55,401 nt of DNA, taken from positions 1-55,401 of the forward strand of contig JBARNX010000043.1 of NCBI GenBank assembly GCA_049641805.1, in the 5' to 3' direction. The notes below the pieces were generated by a model. That model saw only the letters and a program-made list of their open reading frames with translations. It was not told the origin of the DNA and did not search any database. Positions within the stretch are counted from its first letter, which is position 1; each line of letters opens with the position of its first letter. Source of the stretch: Minisyncoccales bacterium (lineage in GTDB: Bacteria > Patescibacteriota > Minisyncoccia > Minisyncoccales > UBA5738). Below are positions 1-8,629 of this stretch, in pieces. The position numbers were made by a program, and so were the translations under genes.

Positions 1-584
1 TTCGCCCATTGAGGAGCTCTGCGGGCTTTTTTCAGGCCCGGCTTCTTTCTTTCTTTCATCCGCGGATCGCGGGTGAGATAGCCGGATTTTTTCAGCCGCT
101 TTTTGAAATCCGCGTTAAACAACACCAGCGCGCGGGTAATACCGTGGCGCAACGCCTCGGCTTGGGCATTGATACCGCCGCCCTTAACCAGCGCGGTAAC
201 CCGGAATCTGTCGGTGCAATTCATTTTGACCAGCGGCGCTTCAATAATATTTTTGAATTCAACGGTCTTGAAATATTGGTCAAACGGCTTGTCATTGACT
301 AAAAATATTTTATCGCCGCGGGTATAGAGACGGACGCGCGCGATCGCGGTCTTTCTGCGGCCAATAGATTCATAATATTTGTCGGTCTTTTTCCTGCCCG
401 AAGCGTCCAGAGTATCGTTGGCAACGCTATCTTCAACTTTGATCTCCGCGATTTTTACGGCAACGATTTCCGGAGTTTTTTCGGTCTTTTTTACCGCCGG
501 ATGCGTCTTTTTCACCGCAGGTTTAGTTCCCGCGGCCTTGGTCTCTTTAGGTTCAATTTTTTGAGTATCCTTGGTTTTTGCCAT
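1..584 (-). CDS. rpsI: 30S ribosomal protein S9. The last residue(s) are cut off by the window edge. Carries a ~60-aa K/T/E-rich N-terminal extension.
   Basis: Absent from the ORF track because there is no stop inside the window. The minus frame from the ATG at 584 reads MAKTKDTQKIEPKE...GGGINAQAEALRHGITRAL...RDPRMKERKKPGLKKARRAPQWA, the canonical S9 C-terminus. Confidence 0.9.
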   Translation of the reverse strand, partial: MAKTKDTQKIEPKETKAAGTKPAVKKTHPAVKKTEKTPEIVAVKIAEIKVEDSVANDTLDASGRKKTDKYYESIGRRKTAIARVRLYTRGDKIFLVNDKPFDQYFKTVEFKNIIEAPLVKMNCTDRFRVTALVKGGGINAQAEALRHGITRALVLFNADFKKRLKKSGYLTRDPRMKERKKPGLKKARRAPQWA

Positions 585-596
585 ATTGATTTGCAT

Positions 597-962
597 TTAC
601 TGTTGCACGGTCAGCCGTTTTATCATTTGGTCGCGCAATTTGTTGGTTGGAAGCATGCGGTACACCGCTTGTCGCAAAAGCTGGCCGGGATTCTTTTCCA
701 TCGTTTCCCCCATTGTGGTTGCTTTCAAACCGCTCATGTAACCGCTGTAACGGTAATCTTTTTCCTGCTCAAGCTTCTTGCCGGTAATCATTACTTTCCG
801 GAAATTTTTGACCGTCACAAAATCTCCCGCGTCAACATTTTTGGCGAATCCCGGTTTATCCTTGCCCCGCAAGAATACCGCAACAATTACCGCGAGCTTT
901 CCCAAAACCATTCCTGTGGCATCGATTGTTCGCTTTTCTCTTTTAATGGAAGTCGTTTTCAT
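597..962 (-). CDS. rplM: 50S ribosomal protein L13
   Basis: 121 aa with GMVLGKLA...RGKDKP...YRYSGY, which is L13-like. Sits directly upstream of rpsI, as in the conserved rplM-rpsI pair. Confidence 0.93.
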   Translation of the reverse strand: MKTTSIKREKRTIDATGMVLGKLAVIVAVFLRGKDKPGFAKNVDAGDFVTVKNFRKVMITGKKLEQEKDYRYSGYMSGLKATTMGETMEKNPGQLLRQAVYRMLPTNKLRDQMIKRLTVQQ

Positions 963-964
963 AA

Positions 965-1417
965 CTAAGATTTTATTTCTTCTTTCTTTTCGATTTTGGC
1001 GGTCTTTTTGGTTTTCTTTGCCGCGATCTGCTTGCTTTTTCCCTTGACCGTTTCAACGGCCAACGGCCGATCCAGCAATTCCACCACCGCCATGGGCGCT
1101 CCGTCCTTAAGTCTTTGGCCCAAAAGCGCGACGCGAGTATATCCGCCGGCACGATCCTTAAAGCGGGGCGCGATCACCGCCGTCAATTTGCGGCTGGCGA
1201 CTTCGGGCAGAATTGATGCCAAAGCTTTTTTTGAAGCCAAATCGCCGACCTTCGCCTTGGTAATCAATCTCTCAACGAAAGACGCGGCCTGGCGCGCGCG
1301 AACCTTGGTGGTTTGAATCTTTTCCCGCAATATCAGATTGACCGCCAAAGAACGCATAAACGCTCTTCTTTGATCGGTTTTCCGGCTGAATTTTTTACCT
1401 TTAATTCTCTTGTACAT
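965..1417 (-). CDS. rplQ: 50S ribosomal protein L17 with a K-rich C-terminal tail
   Basis: MYKRIKGKKFSRKTDQRRAFMRSLAVNLI lines up with the usual L17 N-terminus. The track start at 1438 was trimmed to the ATG at 1417. Confidence 0.9.
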   Translation of the reverse strand: MYKRIKGKKFSRKTDQRRAFMRSLAVNLILREKIQTTKVRARQAASFVERLITKAKVGDLASKKALASILPEVASRKLTAVIAPRFKDRAGGYTRVALLGQRLKDGAPMAVVELLDRPLAVETVKGKSKQIAAKKTKKTAKIEKKEEIKS

Positions 1418-1467
1418 AATAATATTATCAGAACTCAAATGTCAAAATTAAAATTTAATCGGTTGGG

Positions 1468-2157
1468 TTATGCGTTGAAAACATTCCGAAACATCGTAAA
1501 ATGGCTGACCAATATCTCCGAAGCCTGCGCGAACGCGGTTTCCGGAGTGATGGTGCCGTCGGTTTCGATTTCAAAAATTACTTTGTCAAAATCCGTCCGA
1601 TCGCCTACGCGCATATTTTGAACCTTGAAACCGACTTTTTTAACCGGCGTAAACATCGCATCCATCGCAATCACCCCGATTTCCAGCTTGGCTTTGGTTT
1701 GGCGCATTTCTTTTGACATATAGCCGGTTCCTTTTTCAACCTTGATTTCCATTTCCAATTTGGAACTTTTCGCGGTCAAACCGGCAATGTGGGTTTCGGG
1801 ATTGGCAAGTTCCAACTGGCTGGGAATTTCCAAATCCGCGCCAGTGATCTCTTTCTCGCCCTTGGCCTTCAACACGCAAGTCTGCGGCTCATCGCCGGTC
1901 AGTTTGAATCTTAATTGGCGAACATTGATCATCAATGTGATTACATCTTCCATCACTCCCGCGATCGTCGAAAATTCATGCGGCACATTTTTAATATTTA
2001 TCTGGGTCACGGCGGCGCCTTCAAGCGACGACAGCATCACCCGCCTCAACGCATTGCCGACGGTAACGCCATAGCCGGGATACAGCGCCTCGATTTCGAT
2101 TGACGCGCTGTTGCCTTTTTTATCAATTACTTTGGGTTCAAGCGGTAATGGTATCAT
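1468..2157 (-). CDS. rpoA: DNA-directed RNA polymerase alpha subunit, N-terminal (assembly) domain only, 229 aa
   Basis: Contains GYGVTVGNALRRVMLSSLEGAAV and FEIETDG..TPE, which are alpha-NTD motifs. The ORF stops 29 nt before rplQ with no C-terminal domain. Confidence 0.9.
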   Translation of the reverse strand: MIPLPLEPKVIDKKGNSASIEIEALYPGYGVTVGNALRRVMLSSLEGAAVTQINIKNVPHEFSTIAGVMEDVITLMINVRQLRFKLTGDEPQTCVLKAKGEKEITGADLEIPSQLELANPETHIAGLTAKSSKLEMEIKVEKGTGYMSKEMRQTKAKLEIGVIAMDAMFTPVKKVGFKVQNMRVGDRTDFDKVIFEIETDGTITPETAFAQASEILVSHFTMFRNVFNA

Positions 2158-2268
2158 GATTTTTTGCCGTAAGTCCTCGAACGTTTTACCGCGTCACGCG
2201 CGGGTATTTGCGTCCAGGAAATCAACGGCGTTAGAATTAATGTCAAATTTCAAATGTCAAATTAAATG

Positions 2269-2901
2269 CTATCTGGCATAGAATTCAAACACCGAACCGA
2301 TCTCGGCGGGCAAAGCCAATTCTTCCATTGAAATATCGCCAACTCTCTTGCCCTCCATTTTGTCCGCGTCAAGCGACAGCCATAACGGCGTTTTGTAGGA
2401 TTTCAAGGCCGGCTGCAATTGGACAAAATAAGCGTTCTTGATTTTGCGCGGCGCCACGGAAACCACATCTCCTTTAACAACCTTGTATGAAGGCAAATTA
2501 ACCGGCTTTCCGTTGACCAAAAAACTCTTATGGCTCACCAACTGCCTCGCCGCGAGCCGGGAGGGTGCGAATCCAAGCCGGAACACAACATTATCCAACC
2601 GCCCTTCAAGCGCGCCCATCAGCGCCAGCGGCAGGTCTTCGGCGCTTCCTTTTTTCGCGAGAACAGCTTTCACATAGTTCTTGAATTGCTGTTCACGCAG
2701 GTTATACCACGCTTTCACGCGCTGTTTTTCGCGCAATTCCCGGCCGAATTCCGAAAGGGATCGCGCCCGGCGCTTTCCTTTTTTGCCCGGAGCGGTCGGA
2801 CGGCGCACCATGGCGCATTTCTGTCCGTAACAGCGGCTTCCTTTGAGAAGCAGTTTGGCTCCCGCGCGGCGGCAAATCTTGCATTTTATGTTCGTTTCCA
2901 T
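2269..2901 (-). CDS. rpsD: 30S ribosomal protein S4 (Cys-rich N-terminus)
   Basis: CKICRRAGAKLLLKGSRCYGQKC, followed by an S4 RNA-binding domain (RLDNVVFRLGFAPSRLAARQLVSH). Confidence 0.93.
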   Translation of the reverse strand: METNIKCKICRRAGAKLLLKGSRCYGQKCAMVRRPTAPGKKGKRRARSLSEFGRELREKQRVKAWYNLREQQFKNYVKAVLAKKGSAEDLPLALMGALEGRLDNVVFRLGFAPSRLAARQLVSHKSFLVNGKPVNLPSYKVVKGDVVSVAPRKIKNAYFVQLQPALKSYKTPLWLSLDADKMEGKRVGDISMEELALPAEIGSVFEFYAR

Positions 2902-2904
2902 TGA

Positions 2905-3025
2905 AAATAATTTAAAATTTAAATATCAAAGTTTAAAATTTTTGTGTTGAAATTTTTTGAAAAAAATTTCAATGATATATAATTTTCCTTAATTTTGATT
3001 TTTGATCTTTTGGCTTTTCACTTTT
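2905..3025. repeat. Family-A palindromic AT-rich intergenic repeat, copy A1 (approximate ends)
   Basis: AAATATCAAAG..TTGTGTTGAAATTTTTT..AAAAATTTCAATGATATAT..TTCCTTAATTTTGATTTTTGATC. Fills the rpsD-rpsK spacer. Confidence 0.8.
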
Positions 3026-3476
3026 ACACTCTTCGGGTCTTTCTCGGTTTGCAACCATTGTGCGGAATCGGCGTGATATCTTTTATCGAAACAATATCAA
3101 TACCGCGCGCCGCCAGCGACCTGATCGCCGAATCGCGGCCGGAACCGATACCCTTCACCAAAACCTGCACTTTCTCAACCGCCATTTTCTTTATGATCTC
3201 GGCCACGGCTTCCGCGACTTTGGAAGCCGCGAACGGCGTGCCTTTCTTGGTACCCTTGAAACCGATGCTTCCCGAAGACTTCCAGCATAAAATATTCCCG
3301 CTTTCATCGGCGAACGAAACAATCGTATTGTTATATGACGAGGAAATGTAAACCATTCCTTGCTTTGTGCGCCCGGGCATTTTTACGGTGAATTCCTTTT
3401 TTGCCTTGGCTTCAACGGCATCCCGTTCTTTCAACAATTCCTCTTTATTTTGAGTGGCAACATGCTTCTTACCCAT
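3024..3476 (-). CDS. rpsK: 30S ribosomal protein S11 with a ~30-aa N-terminal extension
   Basis: GFKGTKKGTPFAA...GSGRDSAIRSLA..GI.I..I.D.TPIPHNGCKPRK.RRV. Confidence 0.94.
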   Translation of the reverse strand: MGKKHVATQNKEELLKERDAVEAKAKKEFTVKMPGRTKQGMVYISSSYNNTIVSFADESGNILCWKSSGSIGFKGTKKGTPFAASKVAEAVAEIIKKMAVEKVQVLVKGIGSGRDSAIRSLAARGIDIVSIKDITPIPHNGCKPRKTRRV

Positions 3477-3480
3477 TGTA

Positions 3481-3593
3481 ATTAATTTAAAATGTAAATA
3501 TCAAAATGAAAAATTATTGTGTTGAAATTTTTTTAAAAATTTTAACAATATATTATTCCTTGATTTTGATTTTTGATTTTTCAACTTTTAATT
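3481..3593. repeat. Family-A repeat, copy A2
   Basis: AAATGTAAATATCAAAATG..GTTGAAATTTTTTTAAAAATTTTAACAATATATTATTCCTTGATTTTGATTTTTGATTTTTCAACTTTTAA. Confidence 0.85.
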
Positions 3594-3597
3594 TGTC

Positions 3598-3987
3598 TTA
3601 TGTCGGCGTCGCTGCCGGTTTGCGGCCCGAACCCACGGTCTTACGAATATTACCGCGCACGGTTCTGGTGTTGGTCCGCGTTCTTTGGCCCCTGACCGGC
3701 AAATTGCGGGAATGGCGCATACCCCTCCAAGCCACGATATCCTTCAAGCGTTTGATGTTCATCATCACATCGCGCTTCAAATCGCCTTCCACGCGGTAAT
3801 TCTTCTTGACTATTTCCTCGATCAATTTCATCTGTTCCGGCGTCAAATCTTTTGCTTTGACAGTTGGGCCGATCTTGGCTTCGGCAAGCACCACTTTAGC
3901 CGATGATCTCCCAATCCCGTAAATGTATCCGAGCGCGATTCCGATTTGTTTGTTGTCCGGTATGTTTACACCGATTATGCGTGGCAT
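3598..3987 (-). CDS. rpsM: 30S ribosomal protein S13
   Basis: MPRIIGVNIPDNKQIGIALGYIYGIG...WRGMRH...LPVRGQRTRTN.RT. Confidence 0.95.
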   Translation of the reverse strand: MPRIIGVNIPDNKQIGIALGYIYGIGRSSAKVVLAEAKIGPTVKAKDLTPEQMKLIEEIVKKNYRVEGDLKRDVMMNIKRLKDIVAWRGMRHSRNLPVRGQRTRTNTRTVRGNIRKTVGSGRKPAATPT

Positions 3988-4081
3988 ATGAATTCTTTAA
4001 AATTATGGCACGGAACGCAAAACAAAAACTCAAGCTCTATTTTTATATTTATCTTCGAGCTTTCAATTTTGTTTTATGTTT

Positions 4082-4198
4082 TTACCCCTGTCGCTGTTTA
4101 TGTTTCGGATTTTTCTTGCAAATAACATAAATCCGGTTGTCTCTTTTGACAATCTGGCAATCCTTGCAAATTTTTCTTAATGATGCTCTGACCTTCAT
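4082..4198 (-). CDS. rpmJ: 50S ribosomal protein L36 (38 aa, below the ORF-track size cutoff)
   Basis: Hand translation gives [38 protein letters not shown], with TAA at 4082-4084. Lies in the canonical infA-rpmJ-rpsM position. Confidence 0.92.
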   Translation of the reverse strand: MKVRASLRKICKDCQIVKRDNRIYVICKKNPKHKQRQG

Positions 4199-4215
4199 AA
4201 TTGCAATTAAAAAAA

Positions 4216-4434
4216 TTATTTACCCCGATACACTATTCTTCCCTTTTTTTCGTCATAAGGACTCATTTCAACCGTCACGATATCGCCATTCAGAATTTTT
4301 ATCCTAAACATTCTCAACTTTCCCGCCAAATGGCCGATCACTTCCCGGCCATCGGAAAGCTTTACGCGGAATTTGGCGTTCGGTAAAGATTCAAACACTT
4401 GCCCTTGAAATCTCAATACTTTTTTATTTTCCAT
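4216..4434 (-). CDS. infA: Translation initiation factor IF-1
   Basis: 72-aa S1-like protein with [15 protein letters not shown]......LAGK.R...I.I..GD.V.VE.SPYD...GRI.YR. Confidence 0.94.
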   Translation of the reverse strand: MENKKVLRFQGQVFESLPNAKFRVKLSDGREVIGHLAGKLRMFRIKILNGDIVTVEMSPYDEKKGRIVYRGK

Positions 4435-4518
4435 TGAAACAATTTATAAGTATACCAGAAAGCTTCATTAAAGTCAAATACCGATACCAATACCCGCTTC
4501 ATACTCTTCGCGCCCGAT

Positions 4519-5889
4519 TCATTCCAATATGGTTTGAACTTCGATCCGATCCAATTCCCGGGGAACATTCAACCGCCAAGGCGGCGAAAGCTGTATCTGG
4601 GCATCTTTCATCCCAGGTTGGCTCATCAGAAATAATTGCGCCTCCTTAAGCCCCTTCTCGGATAAACCCTTCTTTAAATCCGCTTCGCCCATCCCCGAAT
4701 AAATCATCACTTCCGCGGCCGCGGATAAAGAAGGCTTGCCGTTCGCCGGGTCAATTCCGGCATACGACGATTTAATGGCCAAGCTTTTTTCATTCGCGAA
4801 ACTTCCGGCGGGAATTTTACCCGTTATAAAATCTTTGCTTAATTTTTCAAGATCGGATTTTTTATAAGCCACCGTGCTTGCTTTGGCCATCATCTGGCCG
4901 CCGATTTTGGCAATACTGTCCCCGGCTTTCCCGATGATGGTTGTCGTGCCTAATTCAAATTTCTCAACGCTGGCGTCAACAATTTCCAGCCCCTGTTCTT
5001 TAACTTTGGCTTGGAGCTCCTTTTCAATTTCTTCTTTGGCAAGATCGGCCATCGCGATTTTGGCATTATCAATGTCCTCTTTTTTCACCTCGGGAGCGCT
5101 GTTTTGCGATCCGCCCGTGAATTTTTCAAACGACTGGCCGTAAACAAATGTATATTGCGCCGTGCCCACCAGCCCGGGAACCGAGAACACCGATGCGTCA
5201 ATATTATATTTTTCGCCCGCGATTGCGGCAACCACCTTCACCGTGGTCGATGATTTTGGTTCCAGAACAACATCCTCGGTCGTCTTGAACCACGGCGTTT
5301 CATCGCCGGCCAAAGCGGGTTGGAATTTATCCAAGGGCGCTTGCAGGCGCGTACCCTTAACCAATCTTTGCGCGGTCGTATAATTATTAAACAATTTCAC
5401 CGTACCCTGCGCCATTCCCTGCACATCTTTCTTGCCGGTCACCGGAAATTCTCCTTTTATCGTGTTGCTCACGGAAATCGCAAATCCCGGAATCAAATTT
5501 TTTTCTCTATTGATTTCCAAAGTCGCCGGATCCACGCCGACTTTAACATCCTGCCTTAAAATCGAGGTCGCGGGCCATATCTTGACTATGGCCTTGGCGA
5601 ATTTCAAATCCAAGCCATACATCGCCAACGCCACAAACGCCACCGCAAGCGCCAATTTCAGAATCAATCCTTTGAAAAAACTTTTTTCCTTGATTTTTTC
5701 TGAATTCTGCCGGCCATCCGGATTCATCCGGTTAATAAAAGTCATTCTTGGTTTTATTTGCGGCTCAATCTTTTTAACCGGCAGATCGTCCGGCTCCAAA
5801 AGCGCGTTTTGCTCCAAATCGGTTTCCTCGAATTTCCGCTCCGCGTTTCTATCCGCCGGCGGCATAATATCAATAACTTTTTTAACCAT
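4519..5889 (-). CDS. Hypothetical single-pass membrane protein with a large extracytoplasmic domain
   Basis: 456 aa. Charged N-terminal tail, one hydrophobic helix (LILKLALAVAFVALAMYGL), then ~360 aa with no motif I recognise. Confidence 0.6.
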   Translation of the reverse strand: MVKKVIDIMPPADRNAERKFEETDLEQNALLEPDDLPVKKIEPQIKPRMTFINRMNPDGRQNSEKIKEKSFFKGLILKLALAVAFVALAMYGLDLKFAKAIVKIWPATSILRQDVKVGVDPATLEINREKNLIPGFAISVSNTIKGEFPVTGKKDVQGMAQGTVKLFNNYTTAQRLVKGTRLQAPLDKFQPALAGDETPWFKTTEDVVLEPKSSTTVKVVAAIAGEKYNIDASVFSVPGLVGTAQYTFVYGQSFEKFTGGSQNSAPEVKKEDIDNAKIAMADLAKEEIEKELQAKVKEQGLEIVDASVEKFELGTTTIIGKAGDSIAKIGGQMMAKASTVAYKKSDLEKLSKDFITGKIPAGSFANEKSLAIKSSYAGIDPANGKPSLSAAAEVMIYSGMGEADLKKGLSEKGLKEAQLFLMSQPGMKDAQIQLSPPWRLNVPRELDRIEVQTILE

Positions 5890-5974
5890 AATTTAAAAAA
5901 ATATCTCTGTTTAGAGTTTAATGCTTACATTGTAACAAAAAATTATTCCCAACGCCAATCCAATACCTGGATTT

Positions 5975-6022
5975 TCAATTGCCAATTTCCAATTTTCAAT
6001 GGAAATTGGTCATTGGAAATTG
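5975..6022. repeat. Family-C hairpin (CCAATTTCC/GGAAATTGG words), copy C1
   Basis: CAATTGCCAATTTCCAATTTTCAATGGAAATTGGTCATTGGAAATTG. Abuts the stop of the 6025 gene. Confidence 0.6.
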
Positions 6023-6024
6023 TT

Positions 6025-6534
6025 TCAAGTGTATTTATCCGCGATCGCCGAGGCGGCAAACGAAAACGGCTTGATCATCGGCTCAAAGCCGTTGCCGCGG
6101 ATCAATCCGGTCACTTCGCGCACCATTTCCCGCGTGGCGCCGCGTTCGCCCACATCGGCGTGAATGTAGGAAAAATCCCATTTTAAATTGTCGGGCGAAA
6201 TCAATTTGTGCATTTCCAAAGTTTCACGCAAAATCAGCGCCAGTTCGCAGGAAAGCAATACTTCCTGCAAAATCCTCTGTTTGAAATTGTAAAACTTTTT
6301 GCCGCCGTAGCTGATTTTTTTCAAGAAAAACCGCCCGCCCGCGCCCATGCGCCGCACCACGATCGTGGCCGGAAAATGCGGCTGTTCCAGCGACGCCGAA
6401 TCGCACCCCACCACGATCTCATATTCCCGTTGCGGCTCTTCGGCCATATACGCAAAAATCTCCGTAATAACATCATCAAAACTCAAATTCCCCTTGGTCG
6501 GATTAAAAAAATATCCCTCGTGAAAATTTTCCAT
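6025..6534 (-). CDS. DUF458/YkuK-family (RNase H-like fold) protein
   Basis: FFNPTKGNLSFDDV...EIVVGCDS...ATIVVRRMGAGGRFF...IHADVG resembles YkuK-type proteins from memory. The track start at 6663 was trimmed to the ATG at 6534. Confidence 0.55.
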   Translation of the reverse strand: MENFHEGYFFNPTKGNLSFDDVITEIFAYMAEEPQREYEIVVGCDSASLEQPHFPATIVVRRMGAGGRFFLKKISYGGKKFYNFKQRILQEVLLSCELALILRETLEMHKLISPDNLKWDFSYIHADVGERGATREMVREVTGLIRGNGFEPMIKPFSFAASAIADKYT

Positions 6535-6688
6535 ATTTTTACCTGATTTCCCAATTCTTGATATTAACATCTCCAACAGAAATATCAACGCATTTTTACA
6601 GTAAATTACCAACGAGCGGTTGCCGGAAAACAGGCGAAAACCATTATTATGCAAACCCGGCAATCGCTAAAAATATAAAACCAACACC

Positions 6689-6725
6689 AAAAAAACATTC
6701 CAACATTCTTGAGAATGTTGGAATG
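6689..6725 (-). terminator. Rho-independent terminator downstream of tpiA
   Basis: Perfect 13-bp stem CATTCCAACATTC/GAATGTTGGAATG with a 4-nt loop, followed on the minus strand by a 7-U tract. Confidence 0.8.
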
Positions 6726-6783
6726 TCCGTATATCCATACACACGATTTAAACATTATTTAAATCGTATTTCGCCCGCGGAAA

Positions 6784-7509
6784 TTAAATTTTTGCCGATG
6801 CAATGATAGCACAGAATTCTTTAGGGTCGAGGGAGGCGCCGCCAACGAGGAGGCCGGAATAGCCGGCATCTTTGAGGTAAGACGCGGCGTTTTTGGCATT
6901 CACCGACCCGCCGTATAACAGCGGGATTTTTTCATTGGTGATATTTTTAATAAACCGGCTCACCACCGCGGCTTCGTCGGGTTCGCAGGCAAGGCCGGTG
7001 CCGATGGCCCACACGGGTTCATAGGCAATCATCACCGGTGCGGTATTTAAATCAACATCCTTTAACCCTTCCTTTATCTGTGCCTCCACAATATCGGTGA
7101 TTTTGCCGTCAATGCGCTGTCCGCGGGTTTCACCGCAACAAAATATCGGCGCCAATCCCGCGGCCAGCGCGGCTTTCACCTTCTTGTTGATTGTTTCATC
7201 CGTTTCGCCGAAGATATGCCGCCGTTCGGAGTGTCCGATGATAACATAACCGCAACCCGCGGCTCTTAACTGCGTTGGCGAAATCTCTCCGGTGAACGCC
7301 CCCGAATTTTGCCAGTGGCAATCTTGACCGCCCAACCCCGCCGCACTTTTCAAAATTTCTTTGGCGGTTTCCAAATAGCACGCGGGCGGACAAACCGCCG
7401 CGGCGATTTTTAAGCTTTTTTTAATCCCCTTTTTATATCCCAAAAGGATTTTTTTGGCCTCAATTCTGTTTTCCGGATTGCACTTCCAATTCGCCACAAT
7501 GTATTTCAT
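6784..7509 (-). CDS. tpiA: Triosephosphate isomerase
   Basis: ANWKCN, IIGHSERR, AYEPVWAIGTG and LYGGSV motifs. Confidence 0.93.
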   Translation of the reverse strand: MKYIVANWKCNPENRIEAKKILLGYKKGIKKSLKIAAAVCPPACYLETAKEILKSAAGLGGQDCHWQNSGAFTGEISPTQLRAAGCGYVIIGHSERRHIFGETDETINKKVKAALAAGLAPIFCCGETRGQRIDGKITDIVEAQIKEGLKDVDLNTAPVMIAYEPVWAIGTGLACEPDEAAVVSRFIKNITNEKIPLLYGGSVNAKNAASYLKDAGYSGLLVGGASLDPKEFCAIIASAKI

Positions 7510-7741
7510 ATTTGAATTTTTAATTTATTCCATTATACCAGCCATCCCGGTTTTCACAAATCAACCCGCTAAAAAATATTCCATAAATTTAGCGATCGCT
7601 AAAAATATCAAATTTCGATTTGCATAATAAAAAATATATTTTCCAAATGTATTTCGTCGAGCGGGGTATAAACCCCGCACAACGACCAAAGGGGGCACCC
7701 TTTTGGTGCGCCCCGGGGCAAAGCCCCGAGGTATTGCGCTC

Positions 7742-7777
7742 AATAAAAGAGCCTGTTCCATCCAAACTGGAACAGGC
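7742..7777 (-). terminator. Rho-independent terminator downstream of the GIY-YIG gene
   Basis: Stem GCCTGTTCCA/TGGAACAGGC with a 7-nt loop, then UCUUUUAUU on the minus strand. Confidence 0.7.
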
Positions 7778-7890
7778 GCGGCCGATCTTCATCGCTGGTT
7801 CTCATTTGAAATTTTATTTATTAGGCATACGAACAATCTGAATTTCAATACCATTGAAGGGGTCTAACCCTCGCGATGAAAAAAATTATA

Positions 7891-8151
7891 TCAGTTTTGG
7901 TTTTTGATTGGATGGGCGCCGGTTAAATTAAGTTTTTTATCGCGGCGCCAGCTTTTTATTTGGGCTTCGCGCTTCAGGGCGGCGGATTTTGTCGGAAGTT
8001 TTTCGGTGTAAATCATCTTTTTGACTTCGCGCGAGGCAGTATAATGGCCGCCTTTTTTATTTTTGTGTTCGGCGAAGCGGCGTTCCAAGTCGGTGGTAAT
8101 GCCGGTGTAGATGCTGTTGTCGGCGCATTGGAGGAGATAAACAAAATACAT
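7891..8151 (-). CDS. GIY-YIG (URI) domain nuclease, small stand-alone UPF0213/YhbQ-like
   Basis: YFVYLLQC.D.S.YTGIT.DLERR..EH...KGG.YT......K..Y.E......A...E.QIK.W.R.KK. Confidence 0.85.
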   Translation of the reverse strand: MYFVYLLQCADNSIYTGITTDLERRFAEHKNKKGGHYTASREVKKMIYTEKLPTKSAALKREAQIKSWRRDKKLNLTGAHPIKNQN

Positions 8152-8344
8152 AAATTCGATTTAAAAGTCTCTCGTCGGCATTAACCTCCTCGGAACAATT
8201 TTCGCCTTGTTATAGAAATAGATTTGCTGGCGCAAAGAGGTATAGTCCCTCGCGATTACGCTCGGGATATAGATTCTCCGCCCGAGGTGGACCTGTTCTT
8301 TGGCGGGAACCATAATGAATGAATTCAAATGCTTTTTCGCAAAG

Positions 8345-8415
8345 CTGCGGGACATGGATTCGAACCATGATAAACGGATTCAGAGTCCGTTGTCCTACCA
8401 TTAGACGATCCCGCA
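8345..8415 (-). tRNA. tRNA-Gln (anticodon CUG), no encoded CCA, embedded in a 19-bp leader/trailer duplex
   Basis: UGCGGGA UC GUCU AAUGGUA GGAC A ACGGA CUCUGAA UCCGU UUAUC AUGGU UCGAAUC CAUGU CCCGCA G. Has U1:A72 and G73, as expected for Gln. Flanks 8327-8345 and 8416-8434 are perfectly complementary. Confidence 0.9.
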
Positions 8416-8629
8416 GCTTTGCGAAAAAGCATTTTATTTTAAAACAGTGCCCAAAAATTTTCTGCCTTGCCCGGTTTTCAAAAATTTTTCTCGCAACATC
8501 GCCTCGCCTCTTGTTTTGAATTCTTCGGAATCAAAAATATATCTCGCATTCGGGCATACTCAAGGCAGGCAGCCAAAGAACGACCCTTGAGATTCTTAAA
8601 TCAAACAATGGGAGTTTAGCGGATTATGG

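Noticed and set aside
3506-3799. Plus-strand ORFs beginning with ...LILIFDFSTFN / MIFDLL / MILIFDF (for example 2995-3351, 3506-3799, 9584-9799, 30250-30669, 30880-31221, 34095-34334, 34673-35002 and 35112-35366), which look like a conserved peptide family.
   Set aside because: The shared peptide is simply the translation of the family-A repeat arm (TTGATTTTGATYTTTGATTTTTCAACTTTTAA). The rest of each ORF is antisense to a well-supported ribosomal-protein gene.
7561-7841. Three overlapping 66-73-aa ORFs in the tpiA upstream spacer.
   Set aside because: They read through stacked GC hairpins and a terminator. They are mutually exclusive and have no start context or recognisable domain.
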